A stretch of 64,000 nt of DNA from a virus. Below the pieces are notes generated by a model. The model worked only from the letters and a program-made list of their open reading frames with translations. It had not been told where the DNA came from and did not search any database. This document shows, in pieces, positions 49,242 to 59,903 of this stretch; position 1 is the stretch's first letter; the number at the start of each line of letters is the position of its first letter. The position numbers and the translations under genes were made by a program. The stretch lies in the IMG/VR virus record IMGVR_UViG_3300042691_033066, positions 10,077-74,076 of that record; one strand, 5' to 3'.

Positions 49242-49592
49242 ATGCCAGATATTACCGATTTCCAAGTTGGTCAAGGGGAAACGTTTAAATTACTAATTCA
49301 ATTAAAAAATCGTAGTAATAACGATGTCCCATTAGATATTACCGATTATTCATTTACTGGACAAGTTCGTGAAAATTATACGACGGAAGAAGCTGCTGCA
49401 CAATTTTCATTTGAAAAAATACAACCATATACATCGGGAAGTATCTATATCAGACTGACAGCAGATCAGACACTTGCTCTTACACAACGACGGTATGTGT
49501 ACGATATCAATATTACCAGTGGATCGTTTGAACCAATCGTTCGTCGTATTTTAGAGGGTGGCATTGCGGTACGTCCAACAGTCACGAGATAA
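49242..49592 (+). CDS. Fibre/baseplate-associated beta-sandwich protein
   Basis: QGETF...PLDITDYSF.GQVR...G.I...LTADQT..L...YVYDI...RILEG...V.P.VTR; TATTTATA at 49208. Confidence 0.65.
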   Translation: MPDITDFQVGQGETFKLLIQLKNRSNNDVPLDITDYSFTGQVRENYTTEEAAAQFSFEKIQPYTSGSIYIRLTADQTLALTQRRYVYDINITSGSFEPIVRRILEGGIAVRPTVTR

Positions 49593-49595
49593 TGA

Positions 49596-50954
49596 ATGAG
49601 TGACCCAAAAATTGATATACCCGATATCACAGTTGTTATTACCCCAGGCCATGAATATACAACCGAGATAACACCAAGCGAGGTGTATCAGGTAGATGTT
49701 AATGTTGGAGATATTTATAGCGTAAATCTACAACAGCCAGATATTATCGTAACTGATGGTACGAGTTCAGTCTATGAAATGGCTCAACTTGCTGGTTATG
49801 CTTTTTATGCTGGTACGTCAAGTTTAGCAATAAGTGCATCATACGCATCAAATGTAATTCTTGGATTAAATCAGTTAAGTGGTAGTGTATTTTCCGAAAA
49901 TAATTTTACATTCCCCCAAGACTTAACTGTTGGTGGATCATTATTTGCAAATAAAATATTTGTTTCATCATCCGTTATCTATGAATCTGGATCCACAAAG
50001 TTTGGTGACAGTACGGATGATACACATCAATTTACTGGATCGGTTTTAGTTAGAGGACCAGTATCAGCTTCGTCTGTTACAGGTTCGTTTAAAGGTGATG
50101 GATCGCAACTTACGGGATTGGTAACAGATTTACGTATCAGTGGTTCAACTGGTAGTGATACGGTATCATTGTTAACGGACACGTTATCTGTTATTGGCGG
50201 AAATAATTTAACGACTACAGTTACCAATAATCAAATTACAATTAGTCCAGTAGGACTTGCAACAACTGCATCCAATACATTTGTTGGAAACCAAACGATA
50301 ACTGGATCGGTGGATGTTACTGGGGATATTTGGGTTACGCCCGGTGTTGTAAATCAACTAACATCATCGTATGCAATTAAAGCAGAAAATATTGGTGTCA
50401 TTGATGCGGGACTTTATCAAACAGGATCCGATCAGCCAATTGCTCCATTATTAGGAATTACCCGCGTCACAAGTGCAAGTTACGCACTTACCGCTTCATA
50501 TGCATTAAATGGTGGCAGTGGCGGTGGTGGCGGTCTTACAAGTTCGTTATTATCCATTGATCAATATTATTTTATTGGTGATGGAGTGACATCAAACTTT
50601 ACGGTAGCAAAACCCTACAACGATCAGTCATTGATAGTATCGGTGGGCGGTGTAACTTTTATAAGTCCAAATGATTACACGGTTACAGGAAATACGATTT
50701 CATTTTATGAAGCTCCGTATTCAGCATCTAACATTTTTGTTCGTGGGTTTGTTAATGTCACTGATAATGTAACGGGATCGTTTTCAGGTTCATTGACTGG
50801 TCTTGCCACAAACGCAGTAACTGCAAGTTATGTGTCAGATATTGTTCTGGCAAATACTGCTCCGCTTGTTCCGAAAAATGGATCGGTGTATTTTTCTGGA
50901 TCGTATTTATATGTGTATGATGGTCTACAATATAGAAGTGCAAGTTTAAATTAA
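49596..50954 (+). CDS. Fibre-like virion protein
   Basis: SGSTKFGDSTDDTHQFTGS; ASYA repeats; GDGVTSNFT...DYTVTG.TI.F.EAP module. Confidence 0.65.
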   Translation: MSDPKIDIPDITVVITPGHEYTTEITPSEVYQVDVNVGDIYSVNLQQPDIIVTDGTSSVYEMAQLAGYAFYAGTSSLAISASYASNVILGLNQLSGSVFSENNFTFPQDLTVGGSLFANKIFVSSSVIYESGSTKFGDSTDDTHQFTGSVLVRGPVSASSVTGSFKGDGSQLTGLVTDLRISGSTGSDTVSLLTDTLSVIGGNNLTTTVTNNQITISPVGLATTASNTFVGNQTITGSVDVTGDIWVTPGVVNQLTSSYAIKAENIGVIDAGLYQTGSDQPIAPLLGITRVTSASYALTASYALNGGSGGGGGLTSSLLSIDQYYFIGDGVTSNFTVAKPYNDQSLIVSVGGVTFISPNDYTVTGNTISFYEAPYSASNIFVRGFVNVTDNVTGSFSGSLTGLATNAVTASYVSDIVLANTAPLVPKNGSVYFSGSYLYVYDGLQYRSASLN

Positions 50955-50962
50955 GGGAATAT

Positions 50963-51586
50963 ATGACACAGAATAGATTTATACCACTCCATAGTTTAGT
51001 AGCCGGAGCAGTTCCTACCGCCAGTGGACTATATCAAGGTGAATTGGCACTTAATCTTGCCGATGGAAAAATTTATACACGAAGCGGATCCAGTATCCTT
51101 GTATTAAATGAGACAGATGGATTCTTTTCTAGTAGTCAGCAAATAGACATACAAGAAATACCTGGTATTGAAGATTATGCAACCGTATTCTCTAATTCAT
51201 TTGAAGGTACACAGCAGATTACGGGATCTGTTATTTTTGATGGAGCCAGTGTAGAAATCAGTAGTTCACTAAAAGGTGGAATTTTCAATGCAACTGAGTT
51301 AATTGATCCACTCATTCCAGTAGCAAAATATTCTGGAGTTTCTATAGAATATACCGCACAGCGAGCAACTGCAATTCGCTCGGGTATCATACTTGCATCT
51401 TGGAGTGGGAGTACCATCACCCACACGGACGTATCAAACACAGAAATTGGTGATGATACAAATGACTTAAGTTTTAATTTTGTCCGTATTGGGGACGACA
51501 TAAGGTTTCGTGCATATAGTCAAGGATTAGGTACGGGAGAATGGACCGTACAATTCCTATTTAAGATGTTTCCTAACCTTATGTAA
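50963..51586 (+). CDS. Fibre-like virion protein
   Basis: P....L.QGELALNLADGKIY N-terminal motif; C-terminal module shared with 51619 (RSG.I.A.W...D.S...IG.T). Confidence 0.6.
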   Translation: MTQNRFIPLHSLVAGAVPTASGLYQGELALNLADGKIYTRSGSSILVLNETDGFFSSSQQIDIQEIPGIEDYATVFSNSFEGTQQITGSVIFDGASVEISSSLKGGIFNATELIDPLIPVAKYSGVSIEYTAQRATAIRSGIILASWSGSTITHTDVSNTEIGDDTNDLSFNFVRIGDDIRFRAYSQGLGTGEWTVQFLFKMFPNLM

Positions 51587-51618
51587 TATTTATGTATATA
51601 CCATTTCGGAGATAGTAA

Positions 51619-53535
51619 ATGGCAAATGAATTTATAGCCCGTAAGGGCCTAGTAGTACTAGAAAGCGGTGTTAGAGTTACCGGTTCATCCAATTTTGTGG
51701 GTGACGTAACTGCCTCTGGTAATATACGAGCAGCCAATTTTTACGGAAACGGGCAACTTACAGGATCCTTCACTGGTTCGTTTATTGGCGATGGAAGTCA
51801 GATCAGTGGAATTGCAACAACATTGGCATTCAGTGGATCTACTGGAAATGATGTTGTTAACTTAAAAACAGAAGCTCTTACTATTGACGGAAGTAACGGC
51901 ATTACAACAACCGTTACGAATAATAAAGTTACAGTCAATGCACCGTCTGGAACCGTAACTGCATCAAGTCAAATTGATCATAATCTTACTACAAATTATG
52001 ACGCCAACCGACACATTGATCATACTGCGGTATCTATCACTGCGGGGTCTGGTTTAAGTGGCGGTGGTACCATTGCCGCAACACGTACATTAGCACTCGA
52101 TACCTCTTCGGTACATTTCTTAGACGGTGTTAAAAAAGAATTAAACACAGAAGGTGTAGTTAGTAGTTCTACACAAGTTAGTTATACGCAATTACAAAAC
52201 ATTCCTTCGGGGATAGTTAGTAGTTCTGGTCAAGTTGATGTACGCAATACTACTGGTATTGCCACAATTGCCACAACAGGATCCAACACGTTTACTGGTA
52301 TTCAAACAATCAGTAATACCACAAACAGTACAACCTTTAGTGATGGTGCATTAATTGTTCAAGGCGGCGTGGGTATTGCTAAAGATGTAAATATTTCTGG
52401 AAGTCTTCGTGTAACTGGAGTACTAACAGTTGCCTCCATGTCTACGCAGTACGTCACCTCATCACAAGTAAATGTAGGAGCAAGTAAAATTGTTCTTAAT
52501 GATGATGACAATATACGGTTTGCCGGTATTTCCATATTTGATTCTGGGTCGTCAAATGCCACCGCATCTATTTTCTGGGATAGTTTAAATCACCATTTCA
52601 TCTACCAAAATGAAGGAATTGATTCGTATACCGGCGGTATGTTTATTGCTGGTCCACGAAATACGGGAGCACTTGGATCCGAAGAAGGTTTAACAAACGG
52701 AAGAATTCCAGTAGCAGCAGGTGGTGACCACATTGATACCCGACTGGTATCTAGCTCCATGCGGGTGGATTTCCCATCACGACTCACGCACGTTGAAGCA
52801 GGATTATATATTACTGGCTCCGTATCGTCGTCTGTGGGATTTTGGGGTGACGGTAGTAATCTTACGGGAGTTGTTAGTACATTAAGTGTCACGGGTTCAC
52901 AAGGTGGTCAAGGAGCCGTCAATCTTAAGACACAAGGACTCACGGTCACGGGTACCAACGGTATTACTGCAACCGTCAGTGGACAAACACTTACGATTAG
53001 TGGCAGTAACGCAACAACGTCGGCAAAGGGTGTTGCGTCCTTCAATAGTACGAACTTCACAGTTACCAATGGTGAAGTAACGTCAAATAATATTACAATT
53101 AACGGCACCACAGTTACACTTGGCGGAACACGTAATATCACACTACAAGATATTACTACACAAGGATCAACGTCAAGTAATCAACTGACATTAAACGGTG
53201 GAGCAATTATCCACGGGGTACTGTTTACTTCAGCAAGTGCCACCAGTGTAGCGGGTCCAGTAACAAATCAAGTTATTGCCACGGTAGCAACAGGAAGTTA
53301 CGACAGTGCGCAATTTGATTATGTACTGAAGGACGGAACGAATTATCGTACGGGTACTGTAATGACGGTGTGGAACAGTACGACGGGAATTGAATTTACT
53401 GATGCGTCAACTGCTGATATTGGAAACACGGGACAAGCAGTCTTGTCAGTAGATACCAGTGGTGGAAATGTACGATTAAAATTGACCCTAACGTCAGGTA
53501 CGTGGACAGCAAAGACTGCAATACGAATGTTGTAA
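51619..53535 (+). CDS. Tail fibre-like protein (MANEFIARKGL family)
   Basis: Ser/Thr/Gly-rich, GSF.GDGS repeats; TATTTATG at 51587; GGAG ribosome-binding site. Confidence 0.7.
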   Translation: MANEFIARKGLVVLESGVRVTGSSNFVGDVTASGNIRAANFYGNGQLTGSFTGSFIGDGSQISGIATTLAFSGSTGNDVVNLKTEALTIDGSNGITTTVTNNKVTVNAPSGTVTASSQIDHNLTTNYDANRHIDHTAVSITAGSGLSGGGTIAATRTLALDTSSVHFLDGVKKELNTEGVVSSSTQVSYTQLQNIPSGIVSSSGQVDVRNTTGIATIATTGSNTFTGIQTISNTTNSTTFSDGALIVQGGVGIAKDVNISGSLRVTGVLTVASMSTQYVTSSQVNVGASKIVLNDDDNIRFAGISIFDSGSSNATASIFWDSLNHHFIYQNEGIDSYTGGMFIAGPRNTGALGSEEGLTNGRIPVAAGGDHIDTRLVSSSMRVDFPSRLTHVEAGLYITGSVSSSVGFWGDGSNLTGVVSTLSVTGSQGGQGAVNLKTQGLTVTGTNGITATVSGQTLTISGSNATTSAKGVASFNSTNFTVTNGEVTSNNITINGTTVTLGGTRNITLQDITTQGSTSSNQLTLNGGAIIHGVLFTSASATSVAGPVTNQVIATVATGSYDSAQFDYVLKDGTNYRTGTVMTVWNSTTGIEFTDASTADIGNTGQAVLSVDTSGGNVRLKLTLTSGTWTAKTAIRML

Positions 53536-53579
53536 AATAAAAAAATAACACCCTTTGGATAATGAAAAAGGAGTAGCGG

Positions 53580-56500
53580 ATGGCAAATGAATTTATCGCC
53601 AGAAAGGGACTAATCGTTTCTGGTTCCACGGTAGTTACGAACGCAGTAACAGCGTCATTTTTTTCTGGTAACGGTAGTGCTCTAACAAACGTTACTGCCA
53701 CATCCGCCTCCTTTGCATCAACTGCTTCGTTTGCAAATAATGCAGATTTACTTGATGGATTAAATTCTACTGTATTTGCAACCACCGGATCTAATACACT
53801 TTTAGGATCACAAACTGTGTCAGGCTCACTAAATGTAAGAGCTTCTACTAACGACCAAGATCCAATATTACAAATTAGTGAATTTCGTGGCGGATTACTT
53901 ACAAAATTTTATGAGTCACAAGATGCTGGAGTACTAACGGTAGGTTATTATGGATTAACAGGGACTCGTACTGAAATAAATGGCGGTTCTTCTAATTCAA
54001 ATACTTCGATGGTTATGTATCAAGGAGCATCTGCTCAACTGTTACTAACATCTAATGGAACATCATATATCAATGGTGGAAATGTCGGTATAGGTACATC
54101 AAGTCCTGGTGCAAATTTAGATGTTTTAACCTCTGTAATTAGTAGTACTGCTGGTATAGTTGTTAGAAGTGCGGCAGGTGGATTTATTAGATTACTACCA
54201 AGTGCATCTGGGGGATCATATAATAATATAACCAGTGCCGGAGATACTACTCTTATTTACTCCAACGGTACACAGGGAGCTGGATCCCTAGTGATTGCGC
54301 CATGGGCGGCAGCAACTAGTGGAATACGAATGGATGGGAACGGTAACGTCGGTATTGGCACGCCGTCGCCGGGAGCAACTCTGCACGTTCAAGGCACAAT
54401 CTCTTCATCCGGTAACGTATCGTTTGGCGGTAACCTGACCGTTAGTGGATTATTAACCGCAGTATCCACTTCTATTCAATACGTGACTTCATCGCAATTG
54501 AATGTCACCGATAATAAGATTACCGTTCAAAGTAATGATTTAGTACGATTTGGCGGACTATCCGTGTATGATTCCGGGTCGTCAAATGCAACTGCGTCCA
54601 TCTATTGGGATAGTTTAAATCATAACTTTATCTATGAAAATCTTGGCGGATCATCGTATAATAGTGCCATTATTATTGCAGGTCCACAAAATACCAGTAC
54701 ATTAGGTAATGAAGTTGGACTCACCACAAACCGTATCCCTGTTGCAGTTGGTACCGATCACATTGACAGTCGTCTGGCATCAAGTTCCATTCGGGTAGAT
54801 TTCCCATCACGGTTTACGCACATTGAAGCTGGACTACATGTCACGGGATCAATTACGTCATCTGTAGGATTTAGTGGTAACGGCGCAGGTATAACTGGAT
54901 TAACCAATTCAAACTTAAGTGGAACTGCGGGAATTACAAACGCAAATTTGGCAAATAGTACAATTTCCGGCGTGTCGTTGGGTAGTAACTTAAATACGTT
55001 GACCATTAGTAACCCACTATCAGGCACCAGTTATAATGGATCATCAGCAGTAACAATTGCTCTTGCGTCTGGATACGGTGATACGCAAAATCCGTTTGGA
55101 AGCAAAACAGCTAATCATTTCTTAGCTGCACCCAACGGATCAGCAGGTGCTCCAACGTTTCGTGCCATAGTTGCCGCAGATATTCCAACACTCAATCAGA
55201 ATACCACGGGCGCCGCGGCGAGTGCTGGTATTGTTACTGGAACAACGGGACAAATACTTCGCCATGACGACAGAATTATAGAACCGAGTGCTATAACTTC
55301 TGGGTATTTACAGTTTGGATTTACTTCGTGGGCAAATAATAACACAGCTCCATATGCAGACTTCCTCCACATGCGTAGTTATACGGACAGTAGCGGAGGA
55401 AATGATAATTTAGTTTTATTCCGTAAAGATGCAATTGGAATACGAGTATACCAACAGTCATTTGGATCGGCAACTGCATATTCCACGTATAAAGATGTTG
55501 CATTTACGGATAGCAACATCACAGGAACTGCGACTAATATTACGGCGTATACGATTAATCAAAATGTGGGAACAGGCAATAGTCCATCATTTGTTACTGT
55601 TACTTCCACACAAGCAACAGGTACTGCTCCGTTTACTGTCACGAGTACTACCGCAGTTACCAACTTAAACGCAGATTTATTAGACGGAAATCACGCCGCA
55701 GCGTTCTATCTGGCAAGTAACCCTAGCGGATATACCACGAATACTGGAACAGTAACATCTGTCGGTGGAACGGGAACCGTTAGTGGGTTGACCCTAAGTG
55801 GAACAGTTACGACAACAGGTAACTTAACATTAGGTGGTACATTAAGTGTTGCCGCTTCCAACTTTGCCTCACAAACTGCCAATACGTTCTTAGCGGCACC
55901 GAATGGATCTAGTGGTACACCAACGTTCCGTGCAATTGTGGCAGCAGACGTTCCGACGTTGAATCAAAACACGACGGGAACTGCGTCCAATATTACCGCA
56001 TATACAATTAATCAAAATGTGGGGACGAGTAATACACCAACATTTAATTACGTTATTTTTAAAGATTCCATTAATGCAAATACCTATGGATTCCGTGGAT
56101 TGTCCGGTGTTATTACCTGTGATGGTGGAGCACAATATCCGACCGCGTGGAATTTTCAATACGGTGGTACTAGTACTTCAGCAATGTATATTAGTTCCTC
56201 TGGTAATGTTGGTATTGGAACGTCAAGCCCAACCCGTACTTTAACAGTTAATGGTAGTACCAACATCACAGGATCACTTGATGTGACGGGTGCATTTACC
56301 GCACAAACCAAAAGTTTCAAAATTAATCACCAAACTATTCCAAATAGAAGTTTAGTCTATGGTGTATTAGAAGGACCAGAACACGCGGTTTATTGTCGGG
56401 GCAAACTAGTCAATACCAATACCATCACCCTTCCAGACGAATGGGAATGGCTGGTAGATATAGATTCTATTACCGTACAGTTGACATCCATCGGTTCTCA

Positions 56501-56627
56501 TCAACCATTATACGTACAAGAAGTTAACGGACTAACTATTACCGTAGGATCCGATATGCCTGTTAACTGTTACTACATCGTTCACGCAACTCGTAAGGAT
56601 GTAGAACCATTACAAACGGTAGAGTAG
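53580..56627 (+). CDS. Tail fibre protein (MANEFIARKGL family) with C-terminal KSF.I.H...EGPE chaperone-like domain
   Basis: GNVGIGT repeats, an internal duplication, and C-terminal KSFKINH...LVYGVLEGPEHAVYCRG. Confidence 0.75.
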   Translation: MANEFIARKGLIVSGSTVVTNAVTASFFSGNGSALTNVTATSASFASTASFANNADLLDGLNSTVFATTGSNTLLGSQTVSGSLNVRASTNDQDPILQISEFRGGLLTKFYESQDAGVLTVGYYGLTGTRTEINGGSSNSNTSMVMYQGASAQLLLTSNGTSYINGGNVGIGTSSPGANLDVLTSVISSTAGIVVRSAAGGFIRLLPSASGGSYNNITSAGDTTLIYSNGTQGAGSLVIAPWAAATSGIRMDGNGNVGIGTPSPGATLHVQGTISSSGNVSFGGNLTVSGLLTAVSTSIQYVTSSQLNVTDNKITVQSNDLVRFGGLSVYDSGSSNATASIYWDSLNHNFIYENLGGSSYNSAIIIAGPQNTSTLGNEVGLTTNRIPVAVGTDHIDSRLASSSIRVDFPSRFTHIEAGLHVTGSITSSVGFSGNGAGITGLTNSNLSGTAGITNANLANSTISGVSLGSNLNTLTISNPLSGTSYNGSSAVTIALASGYGDTQNPFGSKTANHFLAAPNGSAGAPTFRAIVAADIPTLNQNTTGAAASAGIVTGTTGQILRHDDRIIEPSAITSGYLQFGFTSWANNNTAPYADFLHMRSYTDSSGGNDNLVLFRKDAIGIRVYQQSFGSATAYSTYKDVAFTDSNITGTATNITAYTINQNVGTGNSPSFVTVTSTQATGTAPFTVTSTTAVTNLNADLLDGNHAAAFYLASNPSGYTTNTGTVTSVGGTGTVSGLTLSGTVTTTGNLTLGGTLSVAASNFASQTANTFLAAPNGSSGTPTFRAIVAADVPTLNQNTTGTASNITAYTINQNVGTSNTPTFNYVIFKDSINANTYGFRGLSGVITCDGGAQYPTAWNFQYGGTSTSAMYISSSGNVGIGTSSPTRTLTVNGSTNITGSLDVTGAFTAQTKSFKINHQTIPNRSLVYGVLEGPEHAVYCRGKLVNTNTITLPDEWEWLVDIDSITVQLTSIGSHQPLYVQEVNGLTITVGSDMPVNCYYIVHATRKDVEPLQTVE

Positions 56628-56628
56628 T

Positions 56629-57912
56629 ATGGCTACATCGTATAATCCCAAAGTGGTTACCAGTGGGTTGGTACTGGCACTTGATCCAGCAAACATTAAG
56701 AGTTTCCGTGGACCAGCACAAACAAATAGACTAACGCAGATTGCGTATAACTATAGTAATACTAATACTGCTACATTTAAAATAACAAATGGAACTGCGA
56801 CGATAAACATCCCCACCATAGGTACACGAACGGTAAAGTATGTGGATATCTATAATGATTATGTTGGTGGTTCCGGTGATTGTTGCCCGTCTTTATTTAG
56901 TTATGGAGATTTTACTACCGGAGTAACAGGCAATACCACGTACACATATTCTATAATATATAAAACTGTTACGGGATACACCCATCCAAATTACATGTAT
57001 CGGTACGAGTATAATGGAGGAACGTATGTAACAGAGGCAGGTGTTCATAGTACAAGTAATCGTACGCATCTAGGCGATGGATGGTATTTTGCATGGGGAC
57101 AATTTACGACACAAGCATCAACTACTCGTTTGATAACGTATTTGTTTCATTATGAATATGCGACATATAATAGGGTATATGTAGCTGGAATACAATTGAC
57201 ACAAGGAAGTTATATTGGAATCCCCCAGCACATGTTAAGTCCTAGTCAGACTAGAGGAGCTACGGTGGCTACCGGTGGGGGACTCACGGATCTAAGTAAT
57301 AATACAAACCACGGGGAATTGGTAAATAGTCCTACGTTTAATAGCGGAAGTGCCACTAGTATTACGTTTGATGGGGTGGCAAGTTATATAGCAGTATCAA
57401 ATCCAACTACTTCGGCACAATGGACGCCATCCGGCGGTGGATTGAATAATATTACATTAGAAATATGGATTAAGGTATCAGATACTGCGGGTGGATTTTA
57501 TATATCAAAACCTTGGAACGGAAACGGGGAATATAATTACGTAGCTTATAATGGTGGATTCCAGATGGTAATAGGAAATCAAAACTATACATTAAGTGTT
57601 CCAAGTTTTGAGGATAATAATTGGCATCAAGTAGTATACTGGATAAGTCCGACGCAAGTTGGATACTATATTGATGGAAATAGACTATCTGGTAGTAATA
57701 ATCATGGTATAACAAATAACACGCCGACGAATGGAAATTCATCACTTACACTAAATTATATGACGTTATATCCTTATGGAAACGGATGGGGCGGAAATAC
57801 GGGATTCTCTATTGCAGGAGATCTTGCACTTACCAAAATATACAACAGAGTATTGACTGCATCCGAAGTACTTCAAAATTTTACTGTAAATCGTTCACGT
57901 TTTGGTATTTGA
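56629..57912 (+). CDS. LamG/concanavalin A-like adhesin
   Basis: PKVVTSGLVLALD.AN; ITFDG; TLEIWIK; NWHQVV; KIYNRVLTASEVLQNF...RFGI. Confidence 0.8.
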   Translation: MATSYNPKVVTSGLVLALDPANIKSFRGPAQTNRLTQIAYNYSNTNTATFKITNGTATINIPTIGTRTVKYVDIYNDYVGGSGDCCPSLFSYGDFTTGVTGNTTYTYSIIYKTVTGYTHPNYMYRYEYNGGTYVTEAGVHSTSNRTHLGDGWYFAWGQFTTQASTTRLITYLFHYEYATYNRVYVAGIQLTQGSYIGIPQHMLSPSQTRGATVATGGGLTDLSNNTNHGELVNSPTFNSGSATSITFDGVASYIAVSNPTTSAQWTPSGGGLNNITLEIWIKVSDTAGGFYISKPWNGNGEYNYVAYNGGFQMVIGNQNYTLSVPSFEDNNWHQVVYWISPTQVGYYIDGNRLSGSNNHGITNNTPTNGNSSLTLNYMTLYPYGNGWGGNTGFSIAGDLALTKIYNRVLTASEVLQNFTVNRSRFGI

Positions 57913-57914
57913 TC

Positions 57915-59090
57915 ATGGGATATACTAATGGACCAAAGATTGTAACCAACGGATTGGCATTGATGTTGGATACTGCAAACATAAAAAGTTTTCGAGGCGA
58001 ACCAACGACTAATCTAGTTACCTCTGCTGCAGCAATGTCTAGTTGGACATGGTATTACAGAACCATATCTGCTTCCACATTTACGACAGAATTTGGAACC
58101 ACTGGATACAGGTTTCTCAACCAACCATCTTGGAATGGTGTTTATAGAAATTTTAACTTGGTAAATTCTGGAACGTATACGTTTTCTGCGTGGTTTCGGT
58201 ATATCGGAGGAAGTTCTAATAATAATGGTGCAACCGTTTACATAAGCAATTATGGTGGTGGAGATACTGCAATTGGGTTAGACAAAACCAAAGTGGGTGT
58301 TTGGCAACGAGTATCACATACGGTATCTGTCACATCACCAACTAACGTATATTTTTATTTAATTTCATATGGCGGCACTGACAACGGAACGGGTAATCCC
58401 GACTTCAGTTCATGGGAAGTTACCATGCCGCAAATAGAATTGAAATCATATGCAACTCCATTCGTAGATGGAACACGGGGAACCACTGTTGCTACTGGAG
58501 GTGGTTGGTCGGATTTAACTGGTAATGGTAATAATGGAGAATTGGTAAACACCCCAACATTTAACAGTAATAACGGTGGTGGAATAGTGTTTAACGGATC
58601 CAATACGCAAATTATTATACCAGAAATATCTGCTCTTAATACACAGACCCCAACTGTTGAAGTGTGGGTAAAAACAAATGCAACTTCACAAAATGGATTT
58701 TGGTTTGAAAAAGGAAATGTTAATACACAATATGCATTATTTCAAGAAGGAGCAAATATTACATGGCGACACACTACTAACGTAGGATCTTTAACAGCTC
58801 CGTGTGCAACGTATATGAATACATCGCAGTATGCACACGTTGTTGGAACTTATACTTCTGGTGATAGACGTATTTATGTAAATGGTGTTCAAGTTGCGTC
58901 CGATACCTTAGCATACACAATACCAACTAATGCAAATGGTAGTTCTATTGGAGTGTACGGTGGATATAACGGCGGAAGAGGATATTACTATGACGGTAAT
59001 ATTGCAGCCGTTCGAGTCTATAATAAAACATTGTCGTCAACGGAAGTATTACAAAACTTCAATGCCACCCGCGGGAGATTTGGTATATGA
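57915..59090 (+). CDS. LamG/concanavalin A-like adhesin
   Basis: Likely start MGYTNGPK at 57915; TVEVWVK; IYVNG; RVYNKTLS..EVLQNFNA.RGRFGI. Confidence 0.8.
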   Translation: MGYTNGPKIVTNGLALMLDTANIKSFRGEPTTNLVTSAAAMSSWTWYYRTISASTFTTEFGTTGYRFLNQPSWNGVYRNFNLVNSGTYTFSAWFRYIGGSSNNNGATVYISNYGGGDTAIGLDKTKVGVWQRVSHTVSVTSPTNVYFYLISYGGTDNGTGNPDFSSWEVTMPQIELKSYATPFVDGTRGTTVATGGGWSDLTGNGNNGELVNTPTFNSNNGGGIVFNGSNTQIIIPEISALNTQTPTVEVWVKTNATSQNGFWFEKGNVNTQYALFQEGANITWRHTTNVGSLTAPCATYMNTSQYAHVVGTYTSGDRRIYVNGVQVASDTLAYTIPTNANGSSIGVYGGYNGGRGYYYDGNIAAVRVYNKTLSSTEVLQNFNATRGRFGI

Positions 59091-59866
59091 GTGTCAGTGG
59101 TGGTCCAACTAATAGTACCATGCTACCCGTAAACCAAGCAAATATTAGCGGATTGGTAATTGATAATTTAGTATTTTACTACGATACAGGTAGAACGTTT
59201 TCATATTCTGGGGCGGGTAGTACTTGGAACGATTTGAGTGGAAACAATAGACACGCAACTTTATATAACGCAGGAAATAGTACATATACTGGAAGTTTTC
59301 CCGGTGCTCCAACATATAATAGTACAACGGAAAAAGCAATACATTTTACGTTTGATGGAAATGACTTCGGAAAGTTTTCGCAAGTAACAAGCACTTCCGC
59401 AAGAACATTCTCTGCATGGGTTAAACTTACTGACGGTACATCTAGAGAAAATGGATTACTTTCGCATTGTAACGGAGGACCGGTCGGAGAAGCATATGCA
59501 GTTACCAGTGGTAAAATGAAATATTGGTATTATAGTTCTACTTGGAACACAGCAGTAGGAACAACATCGGTAAATGATGGAAATTGGAAAAATTTAGTGT
59601 GGGTTAAAAATGGAACAGCAAGTACCATGTATATAAATGGTGTGGCAGATTACACGAATACACTAGTAGCGGATGTAAATAGTTTATTAGTATCGGTGGG
59701 TTCTATGTGGGGACCATGTTACTCAGACAGTTATGGTGCAGGAAGTGATTTTTACACGCAAACATTTAATGGTTCTATTGCTATACTAATGCTACATTCT
59801 AGTGCATTAACTGCGACACAAGTGGCAACTAATTTTGACAGATTACGGTCACGATTCGGTATCTAA
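59087..59866 (+). CDS. LamG/concanavalin A-like adhesin
   Basis: LVFYYD...SYSGAGSTWNDLSGN; TFSAWVK; MYING; ends RSRFGI. Confidence 0.8.
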   Translation: MSVSGGPTNSTMLPVNQANISGLVIDNLVFYYDTGRTFSYSGAGSTWNDLSGNNRHATLYNAGNSTYTGSFPGAPTYNSTTEKAIHFTFDGNDFGKFSQVTSTSARTFSAWVKLTDGTSRENGLLSHCNGGPVGEAYAVTSGKMKYWYYSSTWNTAVGTTSVNDGNWKNLVWVKNGTASTMYINGVADYTNTLVADVNSLLVSVGSMWGPCYSDSYGAGSDFYTQTFNGSIAILMLHSSALTATQVATNFDRLRSRFGI

Positions 59867-59903
59867 AATCTATTTATGGTAGTGTATTTTGATGAGAAAC
59901 TAA

